64,000 nt of DNA from Terriglobales bacterium (GTDB lineage: Bacteria; Acidobacteriota; Terriglobia; Terriglobales; Acidobacteriaceae), in contig DATEJK010000117.1 in the NCBI GenBank assembly GCA_035278025.1, positions 11,293 to 75,292 on the forward strand, read 5' to 3'. Both the position numbers and the translations under genes were made by a program. Positions 38,629 to 47,612 of the stretch are shown piece by piece. Every line of letters begins with the position of its first letter. Within the stretch, counting starts at the first letter, position 1. The notes beneath the pieces were generated by a model that did not search any database, was not told the origin of the DNA, and was given only the letters and a program-made list of their open reading frames with translations.

Positions 38629-38732
38629 CGCAGCAGTCAGCCCGCAGCAGTCAGTCCTCAGCAGTTAGCCCTCAGCAGTCAGCCAGAGCAATCAGCAGTT
38701 GGGAATTAGCAGTTAGCAATTAGCATTTGGCC
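38629..38732. repeat. Tandem 14-bp array CC(G/T)CAGCAGT(C/T)AG(C/T), about 4.5 units, followed by GCAATTAGCA-type words, starting 2 nt after the RND stop
   Basis: CCGCAGCAGTCAGC CCGCAGCAGTCAGT CCTCAGCAGTTAGC CCTCAGCAGTCAGC CAGAGCAATCAGC, then GAATTAGCAGTTAGCAATTAGCATTTGGCC. Confidence 0.85.
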
Positions 38733-38820
38733 ATTGCGGTAAATAGTGGTTCGTAGAAAATTCATCTCTGCAAGACATGTCCTACTGGACGAGCGGTCTG
38801 CGCCGTTTCTCGAACACAAG

Positions 38821-38873
38821 GTCTCGACTCGGGCATGTCTCGCAAGCTCGACCCGCCCTCGCTCGGGATGACA
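38821..38873. repeat. Second copy of the GTCATCC(T/C)GAG-type repeat (reverse orientation)
   Basis: The reverse complement reads GTCATCCCGAGCGAGGGCGGGTCGAGCTTGCGAGACATGCCCGAGTCGAGAC. Confidence 0.45.
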
Positions 38874-38996
38874 GAAGGAAACAGATAAGGATTGTTTAGA
38901 TAGCGGCTCTCATCGGGTCCTCCCTTATGCCGCCCGCTTCATTTATTACGGAGATTGAGGCTTTCAGAAAGCGCCGAAGCTGCCCTTCTTAAGTTG

Positions 38997-39335
38997 TCAC
39001 ACCTTGGGCTCGGGGTTGGGAGCGCCGCACCAACCGCGCATGCCTTCCTGGAACTTCTCACGTTCCTCGGGAGTCATCTGTTCCCAGCGCTCGCGCATGC
39101 GGCGCCGCCAATGCGTGCGCCCACCCCCGTGACTGTGAAAGCTGCCGAAAAGAATCTTGCACAGGATGACCAGCCCCAGTGCCTGCCAAAAGCTGATGTG
39201 CCGCAAGCCAAACAGAGCAGGCATCAGCCAGTTCCACAGGGCCATGATGACAAAGCCAAAGACAACAAAAGCTACGACTGCGAACAGCATGATCTTCAGT
39301 ACCCTTGCTATGCGACTTTTCATTGCGGTCCTCAC
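38997..39335 (-). CDS. Small membrane protein co-transcribed with the ECF sigma factor (candidate anti-sigma or accessory factor)
   Basis: 112 aa. Two TM helices and a basic His/Arg-rich cytoplasmic tail (HSHGGGRTHWRRRMRERWEQMTPEEREKF). Start overlaps the sigma-factor stop by 4 nt. Confidence 0.55.
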   Translation of the reverse strand: MRTAMKSRIARVLKIMLFAVVAFVVFGFVIMALWNWLMPALFGLRHISFWQALGLVILCKILFGSFHSHGGGRTHWRRRMRERWEQMTPEEREKFQEGMRGWCGAPNPEPKV

Positions 39336-39916
39336 AATTTTGAAAATTCGGTGTGGATAGCCTTGAGCCGCCGCCGCAAATGCAGCACGGCGTAGCGCTT
39401 GCGCGAAAGCAGCGTGTTCACGCTGAGCCCGGTTGCAGCGGCTAGTTCGCGGAAGCTGCGGCCCTCGATTTCATGGGCGATGAATACCTCGCGCTGCTCA
39501 TCGGGAAGCTCTTCCAGGGCGTCCTCCAGTTCGGCCAGGAGCAAACGCCTGACAAACGCCGCTTCCGGCCCAGACTCCGGCGAGGGCAGCAGGTCTTGCA
39601 AGTTGAACGACTCTCCGTCTTCAGCAAGCGCGAGCGGTTCGCGCAGCGGATCATGTTTTCTTTTGCGGTACAGGTCAATAATGCGATTACGGGCGACGCG
39701 GAACAGCCAGGCACCAGCCTGCTCAATCGGCTTCATCAGGCGGTAAGCCTGCACGAACTCGTAGAACACGTCCTGCAGAATATCTTCCGCATCGGCCTCG
39801 TCGGCCACGCGCCGGCGGATAAAATTGCGAAGCCCGGCTCTCTCCTTCCCGACAGCCGCGGAGATGCGCCGATCCTGCTCCGTCGTCATCCACTCGATGG
39901 TAGTCGCCTCATCCAT
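39332..39916 (-). CDS. ECF-type RNA polymerase sigma-70 factor
   Basis: 194 aa. Region 2 (EDILQDVFYEF...WLFRVARNRIIDLYR) and region 4 HTH (SFRELAAATGLSVNTLLSRKRYAVLHLRR). Confidence 0.9.
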   Translation of the reverse strand: MDEATTIEWMTTEQDRRISAAVGKERAGLRNFIRRRVADEADAEDILQDVFYEFVQAYRLMKPIEQAGAWLFRVARNRIIDLYRKRKHDPLREPLALAEDGESFNLQDLLPSPESGPEAAFVRRLLLAELEDALEELPDEQREVFIAHEIEGRSFRELAAATGLSVNTLLSRKRYAVLHLRRRLKAIHTEFSKL

Positions 39917-40230
39917 CTATTGATGTAGACGAATGAGCGGGCTGAATATTTTTAAAAAAATGGGCACCCAGGGTGGCTCACGGTCTTATCAGCCGTACCT
40001 GCGAATTACGGGGCCGAGCAATTGAAAGGCGGGAAGAGTTGGCCAGGGCGATTTGCGGCGGGCCGCCACTTTCCTTTAAAAGGCCAAGCGGTGGGCGTGA
40101 AGCACAGGCCGGTGATAGGCGTCACAGCCGAAGGCGGGGAGAGCGCATAGGTTAAAAGAGGGAGAATAGCCCCGGCCACACCGCTCCTGCGAAGGCTGCA
40201 GTCCAGCGGTGTGCGCAGAAAGGAGGGCCT

Positions 40231-40662
40231 ATGAAGCCCTTCAGCCTGCTGCTTGGCAGTATCCTTTCGGTCGCGGTTATCGCCATGCTGCTGTTGACCT
40301 TCGGGGTGAAACCGCGGGGACCGACGGAACAGGGAGCGGCCCTATACAATATCGCGAGCGAGACTACGGTGAAGGGAGTGGTACGCGCGATCGAGGATTC
40401 CCCTTGCGCGGTGAGCGAAAGCGAAATTGGCCGGCACCTGCGGCTGCAAACAGTCGAGGGCATGATGCAGATCCACCTGGCGCCGGCGCGGGTGATGCGC
40501 AGCCAGAAGTTCAGCTTTTCGCCCGGCGACCAGATCGAAGTGCTTGGTTCCAAGCTCAGCTTGCAGGGAGACGAATCCATCATCGCGCGGGAGATCACGC
40601 GGGGCAACGAAAGCTTCTTTCTGCGCGATCGCGAAGGCAAGCTCTTGCTGGTGCAGCAGTAG
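40231..40662 (+). CDS. Hypothetical exported/anchored small beta-rich protein, divergent from the ECF operon
   Basis: 143 aa. Strong SD AAAGGAGG. N-terminal hydrophobic segment LLLGSILSVAVIAMLLL. No family recognised. Confidence 0.6.
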   Translation: MKPFSLLLGSILSVAVIAMLLLTFGVKPRGPTEQGAALYNIASETTVKGVVRAIEDSPCAVSESEIGRHLRLQTVEGMMQIHLAPARVMRSQKFSFSPGDQIEVLGSKLSLQGDESIIAREITRGNESFFLRDREGKLLLVQQ

Positions 40663-40697
40663 GTGGCAGCGAGGCTGGGCCGGGTCAGGCGGCGCAT

Positions 40698-41372
40698 GTG
40701 AGAGGGCAAGCTGAGGAGCGAAGCTTACTTCCCTTCCGGGACCGGGCCGAAGCCGGGCGACTGCTGGGAAGCGCGCTGGGAGCCTACGCCGGGCGAAGCG
40801 ACGTGCTGGTGCTGGCGCTGCCGCGCGGCGGCATTCCGGTTGCTTACGAGGTCGCCAAGGCGCTGGCCGCCCCGCTGGATATCTTCGTAGTACGCAAACT
40901 GGGGGCGCCCGGCAACCCGGAACTGGCGATCGGGGCGGTGGCTCCGGGAGGCATCTGCATTTTGCAGGAACAGCTGATTGACGAGCTGGGAATTTCCGCC
41001 GTAGCGGTAGCCCGCATCGCCGCGGGCGAGGAACAGACACGGCGGCAAAACGAAAGCCTGTACCGGCGCAACCTTCCGCCGCACCGAGTAGCGGGCATGA
41101 CGGCCATTCTGGTGGACGACGGAATTGCCACTGGCTCCAGCATGCGCGCCGCCATTGCCGCTCTGCGGGAACTGGGGGCCAACAAGATCGTGGTGGCGGC
41201 GCCGGTTGCCCCGGCGTACAGCAGCCGCGAACTGCAGATGCTGGCCGACCAGGTGGTTTGCCTGGCGATGCCCGACGGCTTTCTTACGGTGGGCCAGTGG
41301 TACGTTGATTTTGAGCAGGTGAGCGATGAGGAAATGGCTGCATTATTGCAGCCAGCATCCATCTTGGCTTGA
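40698..41372 (+). CDS. Phosphoribosyltransferase-family protein
   Basis: PRPP-binding loop AILVDDGIATGSSMRAA. I chose the GTG start at 40698 because the upstream part of the 387-aa track ORF overlaps the better-supported 40231-40662 gene in another frame. Confidence 0.75.
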   Translation: MRGQAEERSLLPFRDRAEAGRLLGSALGAYAGRSDVLVLALPRGGIPVAYEVAKALAAPLDIFVVRKLGAPGNPELAIGAVAPGGICILQEQLIDELGISAVAVARIAAGEEQTRRQNESLYRRNLPPHRVAGMTAILVDDGIATGSSMRAAIAALRELGANKIVVAAPVAPAYSSRELQMLADQVVCLAMPDGFLTVGQWYVDFEQVSDEEMAALLQPASILA

Positions 41373-41385
41373 AAAGGAGCACCCC

Positions 41386-41868
41386 ATGCCGCTGCAGAGG
41401 TTGAAGGAATTGCTGGACCGCAATGGCGTCCAGTACGAAAGCATAGTCCACCTTCCCGCCTATACCGCCCAGGGCATTGCCGCGATGACCCACATTTCGG
41501 GCAAAGAGCTGGCCAAGACGGTAATCGTGAAACTGGACGGGGCGCTGGCCATGGCGGTGGTGCCGGCCTCGCATCGCATTGATTTGCGGCTGCTGCAGGC
41601 GGCGACGGGCGCGGCCACGGCGGCGCTGGCCAGTGAAGAGGAATTCAAGGACGCATTTCCGGGCTGTGAAACCGGCGCCATGCCGCCATTTGCCGGACTG
41701 TACGGCCTGCCACTTATGGTGGATGAGACCGTGACGCATGACCAGGAGATCGTATTCAACGCCGGCTCACATACGGAACTGATGCGCCTGGCTTACGAGG
41801 ACTTCGCCCGGTTGGAGAAGCCAAAGGTGCTGAGATTTTCAGCCGGCTCCTCCAGAGCAGCCGCTTAG
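41386..41868 (+). CDS. YbaK/EbsC-like aminoacyl-tRNA deacylase-domain protein
   Basis: Start at ATG 41386 with SD AAGGAG. GKELAKTVIVKLDG...AMAVVPASHRIDL...PGCETGAMPPFAGLYGLP resembles the YbaK/ProX editing-domain family, judged by eye. Confidence 0.7.
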   Translation: MPLQRLKELLDRNGVQYESIVHLPAYTAQGIAAMTHISGKELAKTVIVKLDGALAMAVVPASHRIDLRLLQAATGAATAALASEEEFKDAFPGCETGAMPPFAGLYGLPLMVDETVTHDQEIVFNAGSHTELMRLAYEDFARLEKPKVLRFSAGSSRAAA

Positions 41869-42095
41869 GCGTAATGGACTCGAGCGGGGAGTGAAGCGGC
41901 CGGCCAGTTCCGAAAGTAACCGGCCGTCACATTGACGGTTCTTAGCGGCTGGCCAATAATCAATACGCGCCAGGAAGCCCCTCATTTACCCAAAATGTTA
42001 CCCAAAACAGCCTGGGATACCACTCTTCTAAAGTTTTCAGAGACACTGTTCAGAGATTTAGCGTCTAAGTGTGTGCGCGGCTTGCTGGAGGCCGG

Positions 42096-43925
42096 ATGAG
42101 CCGAGGGTTGTGCGTAGCCACCGTATGGGCTGCAATGCTGCTGGTGGGATGCGGCGGAGGGTCAACGCCGCCTCCCGCAATCGGGATAAGCGTATCGCCA
42201 AGCACGGTGACGCTATCCCCAGGGTCGTCACAAGTCTTTAAAGCCACCGTCATCAATACCACGGACACGGTTGTAACCTGGCAAGTCAACAATATCAATG
42301 GCGGTAATGCCAAGGTCGGGACCATCAGCACGTTTGGAGTGTACGTAGCGCCCCCTACCGAGCCGACGCCTCCGACGGTGAACGTAAAGGCGATTTCGCA
42401 GGCCGACCCGAGCAAATCGGCGAGAGCTCTGGTGACCATTGGCCAACCCGCCGGCGCAGCCAACCAGCAGATGCAGTCGCTGCCCATCAAAATGGGCACT
42501 TCCGGCGGCAACAGCCTGGACCTGACCAAGAGCGGCACGACGATCACGTGCTGCTCAGGCACACTGGGGTCGCTGATTGAGCGAGCCGGCACCTTCTACA
42601 TCTTGAGCAACAACCATGTGCTGGCGCGCTCCGATCAGGGCAAAACCGGGGAACCGATTACGCAACCTGGACTGGTGGACAGCAATTGCAATCCAGCTAC
42701 GCCGGTAGCCAACTTGAGCCAATTCGTGCAATTGCCGGAAGGTGGCACCAGCACCGCTCCCAAGACAGGCACCGTGGACGCAGCGATCGCCCAGATCATC
42801 AGTGGCGCAGTGGACACCTCCGGCAGCATACTGGAGCTGGGAACGGCCAGTTCGACGCCCGAGGTCCCGAATCCCGCGCCGCCAGCCAGCACCACGATTG
42901 CGCCGCTAATCGGTATGGGGGTGGCAAAGGCGGGCCGGAGTTCGGGCCTGACCTGCTCCAGCATCAGCTCCATTAATACAGCGGTGGACATCAGCTACAC
43001 CACCAGCTGCAGCGGGGGCACGACTTTCTACGTGCAGTACAACAACCAGATTGTGATCAGCGGAGCCAGCTTTAGCGCGGCGGGCGATTCCGGTTCGCTG
43101 GTGGTGAACTCAAAAACCGCTCAACCGGTAGGACTACTCTATGGGGGTGATAGCAGCAGCACGGTCGCCAATCCCATCGGCGCAGTGCTAGGAGCTCTGA
43201 CGGACAGCAAAGGCAATGTGCCTACGATTGTGGGGGGCGCGGCGCACGCCGTTGTCTGCCCCACGCTGGCGGGCGCCGCTCCCGCCTCGGAGCAGACCAC
43301 AGCGCCGCTGGCCGCAAGCAAGATCGCTCACGCCACCGAGGTCTCTAACCGCTACGCTACGAGGCTGCTGGCCAACCCGGCGGTTGCCGGAATCGCGGTG
43401 GGCCGCAGCGAGGACGCAACCGGCAACGCGGCCGTGGTCATCTATGTGAAATCCCTGCCCCATCCCGGCGCCTTTCCCGCCCAATTGGATGGGGTCAGAA
43501 CCAGGATTGTGGCCATTTCCGCAGCCCCAGCTGGTGCCGAATCGGCCGCGGGCGTTCCGGCGGTTGCTGTTCCGGAATCAGAGGTGGCTCGGGTCGCAAG
43601 GGTCAAGGAGCAACAAGCGGAACAACTCATGCGCGGTAATAGGGCGATTTTCGGGGTGGGAATAGGAGCCAGCAAAGACAGTCCGGGCGAGGCTGCGCTG
43701 GTTTTATTCGTTGACAAGGATATGCGTTACACCGCGCCGGCGGTGATGGACGGAGCCCGCACCCAGGTGGTACGGAGCGACCGCTTCCGCGCATGGGGAT
43801 GGAATGAGCATGAGCAGCCGCAGGCCTGCCGGGCCACCAGTTTTGCGAAAGACAAACAACTGCTGGCGCCCTCAAGCTCCGGAAGAGGGGGCGCGCTTCA
43901 CGCGGCGCGCCACCTGATTGAGTAA
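42096..43925 (+). CDS. Lipoprotein: Ig-like (Big_2-type) domain plus chymotrypsin-fold serine protease plus two C-terminal repeat modules
   Basis: Lipobox LLVGC. Ig-like segment ISVSPSTVTLSPGSSQVFKATV. Putative triad His in SNNHVLA, Asp in VDAAIAQI, Ser in AGDSGSLVV. Repeats ...GIAVGRSEDATGNAAVVIYV... and ...GVGIGASKDSPGEAALVLFV.... A GTG at 42069 is an alternative start. Confidence 0.75.
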   Translation: MSRGLCVATVWAAMLLVGCGGGSTPPPAIGISVSPSTVTLSPGSSQVFKATVINTTDTVVTWQVNNINGGNAKVGTISTFGVYVAPPTEPTPPTVNVKAISQADPSKSARALVTIGQPAGAANQQMQSLPIKMGTSGGNSLDLTKSGTTITCCSGTLGSLIERAGTFYILSNNHVLARSDQGKTGEPITQPGLVDSNCNPATPVANLSQFVQLPEGGTSTAPKTGTVDAAIAQIISGAVDTSGSILELGTASSTPEVPNPAPPASTTIAPLIGMGVAKAGRSSGLTCSSISSINTAVDISYTTSCSGGTTFYVQYNNQIVISGASFSAAGDSGSLVVNSKTAQPVGLLYGGDSSSTVANPIGAVLGALTDSKGNVPTIVGGAAHAVVCPTLAGAAPASEQTTAPLAASKIAHATEVSNRYATRLLANPAVAGIAVGRSEDATGNAAVVIYVKSLPHPGAFPAQLDGVRTRIVAISAAPAGAESAAGVPAVAVPESEVARVARVKEQQAEQLMRGNRAIFGVGIGASKDSPGEAALVLFVDKDMRYTAPAVMDGARTQVVRSDRFRAWGWNEHEQPQACRATSFAKDKQLLAPSSSGRGGALHAARHLIE

Positions 43926-44264
43926 TTCTTCCGGACGCAGCGGCTTGCTTAACAGGTCAAAGGAATGGCCGGCGGCCCGGGCTTTCTGCATCAAGTCCGC
44001 AGTGGAGGCCTGGCCGGAGAGCAGCAGGATGGCGCAGCCGGGCAGAAGCTCGCGGGCGCGGATGGCCACGTCTATGCCGCTGATGTCGGGCATGATGACG
44101 TCGCTGATGAGCAATTCAGGACGGAAAGAGAGCAATTCCTGCAATGCGGCAGCGCCGGAATACACCACCCGGGGCTGGTAGCCGCCCTGGCGCAGGATAA
44201 GCCCCAGCGTATCAGCGATGAGCACTTCGTCATCCGCAATCAGAACTTTGACCTGGGTGTTCAT
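43872..44264 (-). CDS. Stand-alone response-regulator receiver protein
   Basis: 130 aa. VLIADDE...LLISDVIMPDISG...SGQAS...KP pattern of CheY-like receivers. Its 3' end overlaps the protease gene 3' end by 54 nt. Confidence 0.85.
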   Translation of the reverse strand: MNTQVKVLIADDEVLIADTLGLILRQGGYQPRVVYSGAAALQELLSFRPELLISDVIMPDISGIDVAIRARELLPGCAILLLSGQASTADLMQKARAAGHSFDLLSKPLRPEELLNQVARRVKRAPSSGA

Positions 44265-44298
44265 GAAATTTCCTGACGGTCAGGGGGGAAAGCGCGTC

Positions 44299-44490
44299 TC
44301 AGAGGCTGCGGATGCGCTTGAGTTCGGCACGCAGCGCCTCTTCTACCCGCTGGGAGCGGCGCTCGCCGCGGGCGACGCGGCTTACATAAGAGCGGTCCAC
44401 ACCCAAGTGGCGGGCGACGCGGGCGTACAGACCACGATATCGAGCATATCGCGCCAGTTCGCCACTTTTTCCGCCGTGACCTGTCACCAT
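44299..44490 (-). CDS. Possible small HTH protein upstream of the receiver gene
   Basis: C-terminal part of a 99-aa track ORF. ARHLGVDRSYVSRVARGERRS looks like a helix-turn-helix. The start is uncertain and there is no clear SD. Confidence 0.35.
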   Translation of the reverse strand: MVTGHGGKSGELARYARYRGLYARVARHLGVDRSYVSRVARGERRSQRVEEALRAELKRIRSL

Positions 44491-44709
44491 TGATGACACG
44501 ATAGGCTGTTTAGATTGGCTTCCGCAATTCCCGATTACTATAACGCTGGCGTTAGTTCTGTCAAGCAGAGCAAGCGCGGAATTTACTTTTAGTACCAAGA
44601 AATTAGCGGGCGGAAGCGGCGGCGAAGCCAGAGAAGGTCCGACAAAGCTGGCTGCGTTTGCTTCCGGTGAATAAAGCCGGGAGTAGGGACAGCGGCTTTC
44701 TAACCATCA

Positions 44710-47475
44710 TCAATGTTCACGCCGGGGCGGCGGCATGGGACGATTGCCCATGCGGTCGCGCCACAGGATAGCGTTCAAACGCTGTGCGGGAGCGGCGTCG
44801 GCGTGGGTGAAGTCCATTTTCAGCGACTCGCGTGCTCCGGGGGTGCTCGATGTGTTCGTGCGGTAAAGCAGGCCGTTGTCCCGGTTCCGGTAATCGGCCT
44901 GGAAGGGCGGCTGTCCGGGTCCGCTGAACAAGGGCGCCATGAGCGGCGCCAGGGCGTCATTGCTGTTCATGGGCGGGAGTCCGAGCAGCACCTCCATGGT
45001 GTGGATAACGCTTACGGTGGTGTAGAAGTGGTGGTCCACATAGGGACTGGCGGCAGAGCCCGGGGAATACTTGCTGATTACGAAGGCGATGCTGCGATGC
45101 GCGTCCACGTGATCGGCGCCGTCCTGGGCATCGTCTTCCAGGGCGAAAATCGCCGTATCGTCCCAGTAGGGGCTATGGGAAACGGCTTCCACTACCCTGC
45201 CCAGCGCCAGGTCGTTGTCGGCCACGGAGGCAGAGGGCGTAGGAAGGCCGGGGCGGGTGCCGGCAGTGTGGTCATTGGGCAGACGGAGCAAGACAAATGC
45301 CGGCAGCTGTTCTCCTTTGCCCTCCTGGCGGGCGCGCACGAACTGCTGGAACTCGTTGAAAAACTCGTCCACCCGCAGCTGGTCGGGGTAGTCGAGGCGA
45401 AAGTCGGCGAAATTGGGATCGAAGTGGCCGCGCAGCTGGGGCTTGGTGGGCACATCGCGAGCCAGCATGGGCACCGGCCACGGCCAGAGACTGGGCGAAC
45501 CGTGGGGCTCGCCGACATTGGGCGGCAGGGCCTCGCCCTTTTTCACCCGCGGGTGCAGGCAGGGCTGGGAAGGCTCGAGGGGCGTGCCCGAGCGGGGTGA
45601 TGCGGCCTGGCTTCCCCGTTCCCGGCACCAGATGGTGGCCACGAATTCGCCATAGTGCCGGTAGGAAAGGTGGTGGCGGGCCAGATTGCCCCACAGGTAT
45701 CCGGTTTCCGGTTCGTTGACGTCGGGCTCATCGTGCTGCAAGGGAAACTCGCCGGCGACTTCGCCTTCGTAGTCATAGGTACGCTCCTGGCCGCGATAGG
45801 CAATCTGCCAGGTCTTCTCGGTGTAATCGGAGGTAATGCCGGCGGTGGACCAGACGTGGCCATCCCCGGAGACCTCTCCGCTGTCATAGAAGTTATCGAG
45901 AATGCCGAACTGGCGGGCCAGGGCGTGCTCATTGGGGGTAACATCCTCGCCAAACATGGTGAGCGAGGGATCGCCGTCGCCGGGCTTGAGGTCGCCCAAT
46001 ATCTGGTCGTAAGTGCGGTTTTCCTTGATGATGTATATGACGTGGCGAATGGGGTTTTTGCCGGAACGAAACATGATTTGCGCGGGAGCGGTCCGCAGCA
46101 GATTGCTGTCTTCGACTTCGCGGGTGAGTTCGGCCATCCGCGGCTCCGCCTGGCGGATGCTCACGCGGGCGATGGAGCCGTGCAGCAGGGTGGCGATATA
46201 GCCAGTATCATTTCCCCGGCGGGTGTGGCTTGTGTTAGGCCCGGTGCCTTCGCCCTTGCCGCTGGCGATGAGAAGGTCGTCGCCATGAACCGCGAGTGCC
46301 GTGGGATACCATTCGGTGGGAATGAAACCGGATGCCTCCTGGGGAGCGGTGGTTGCGGGCATGGCGTCATTAAATTGGGAGATATCGAAAACCGCCACCG
46401 CATCCGAAGATGCATCCGCCACGAACAGCCGACGGCCATCGGCCGACTCGGCCAGGGCATTGGGGAAAGTGCCCCCGAAGGTCTCACCGGGCAGGCGAGT
46501 GGAGAGCAAACGCAGAAGCTTGCCGCTGGTGGCATCCACCACGGCCACGGCGTCAGCGTTGGAAAGTGTCACGAAGAGCAGCTTGTCATCCGCGCTCAAG
46601 AGCATGGCGGTGGGGTGCGAGCCGGGTTCTATGGCGGAATTGGGCTTGAGCAGGGCGATGCGGCGGATGACCTTGCCGCGGTCGAGATCGAGTTCGGCCA
46701 CTTGGGAAGCGTTCCATAAGGTGCAGAAGGCGCGGCGGCCGTCACGCGTGACCACCACGGTATAGGGAAACGCGGAGGGCAATTCCCTGCCCGCGCTTAG
46801 GTCAAACCGGTGCAGCAGCTTGCCCTGGCGGTCGAGCAGCACGGCGTTATCAGAAAGATTATTGGCCAGCAGCAGTTCTTCCCGGCCGCCACTAGAGAAG
46901 GCGACAATGCCAGCGGGATAGGGGATGGCTTCTCCGCGCGGAACCTCGGCCAAATCGTAGGCCACGTGCTTGGCGGGCGAGACCGGCTGCAGGCCGACAG
47001 GGATAAAGCTATCGGCCGACAGCTTTCCATTCGCGAAACGGTACACTGCGATTCCGTTTCCGGTGTCGCCCGGGTGCTGGCCGGTGGGATCGGTAATGGA
47101 ACCCACCGTGGCATAGAGGCGGCCACCATCCGGGCTGAAAGCAAGCCCGAGAAACACAGCCTGGCGGGCATGAGGTCCGAGGCGGGGATCGGGAAAATCG
47201 GTCAGCCGGCCGGTCTGGAGATCGAGCACGGCGATGGACTGCCGATAATGAGACTCGGGGGTGCCAAAGCCGGCGTTGAGCAGCGCCAGATAGCGGCCGC
47301 CGGGCGCGAGCACGGCGGCAACCGGCAGGCCATTGGTGGGCTGCGGATTTCCCGGCGGCGGGGCCATCAACTGCTTGCTGCTGGGAAGAGAGATTATTTT
47401 TTGCTGGGCAAGCTTTTTCTGGTAACCCAAGGCGAGCGCGGCAATCAACAGCAGCAGGAGAAGTGTGCGCTTCAA
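44710..47475 (-). CDS. Secreted bifunctional-type protein: YncE/YVTN-like beta-propeller plus phosphoesterase (PLC/AcpA-family) domain
   Basis: 921 aa. Signal peptide, propeller-like repeats (LFVTLSNADAVAVVD, LFVADASSDAVAVFD), then IIKENRTYDQILGDL, typical of the phosphoesterase family. Confidence 0.85.
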   Translation of the reverse strand: MKRTLLLLLLIAALALGYQKKLAQQKIISLPSSKQLMAPPPGNPQPTNGLPVAAVLAPGGRYLALLNAGFGTPESHYRQSIAVLDLQTGRLTDFPDPRLGPHARQAVFLGLAFSPDGGRLYATVGSITDPTGQHPGDTGNGIAVYRFANGKLSADSFIPVGLQPVSPAKHVAYDLAEVPRGEAIPYPAGIVAFSSGGREELLLANNLSDNAVLLDRQGKLLHRFDLSAGRELPSAFPYTVVVTRDGRRAFCTLWNASQVAELDLDRGKVIRRIALLKPNSAIEPGSHPTAMLLSADDKLLFVTLSNADAVAVVDATSGKLLRLLSTRLPGETFGGTFPNALAESADGRRLFVADASSDAVAVFDISQFNDAMPATTAPQEASGFIPTEWYPTALAVHGDDLLIASGKGEGTGPNTSHTRRGNDTGYIATLLHGSIARVSIRQAEPRMAELTREVEDSNLLRTAPAQIMFRSGKNPIRHVIYIIKENRTYDQILGDLKPGDGDPSLTMFGEDVTPNEHALARQFGILDNFYDSGEVSGDGHVWSTAGITSDYTEKTWQIAYRGQERTYDYEGEVAGEFPLQHDEPDVNEPETGYLWGNLARHHLSYRHYGEFVATIWCRERGSQAASPRSGTPLEPSQPCLHPRVKKGEALPPNVGEPHGSPSLWPWPVPMLARDVPTKPQLRGHFDPNFADFRLDYPDQLRVDEFFNEFQQFVRARQEGKGEQLPAFVLLRLPNDHTAGTRPGLPTPSASVADNDLALGRVVEAVSHSPYWDDTAIFALEDDAQDGADHVDAHRSIAFVISKYSPGSAASPYVDHHFYTTVSVIHTMEVLLGLPPMNSNDALAPLMAPLFSGPGQPPFQADYRNRDNGLLYRTNTSSTPGARESLKMDFTHADAAPAQRLNAILWRDRMGNRPMPPPRREH

Positions 47476-47612
47476 GTTGCGTGAGCCCTTTCCGCGAAAT
47501 GGCCGACCATTGTAACGAAATTGTGTGGCGCGCAGGTTAACAATTCCTTTCAGCCCAGGACGGAAGCGGCCAGTTCCGGTTTAAAATTGACGATCCATTT
47601 CGCGCCAACAGC

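Noticed and set aside
38629-38700. Possible CRISPR array (regularly spaced repeats)
   Set aside because: The units are only 14 bp and directly abut one another with no spacers. There are no cas genes. This is a simple tandem repeat.
40209-40697. N-terminal 163 codons of the 387-aa ORF containing the phosphoribosyltransferase
   Set aside because: It overlaps the 40231-40662 gene, which has a strong SD and a signal-like N-terminus. The overlapping part of the long ORF is Arg/Gly/Ala-rich. An in-frame GTG at 40698 gives a normal-length PRTase.
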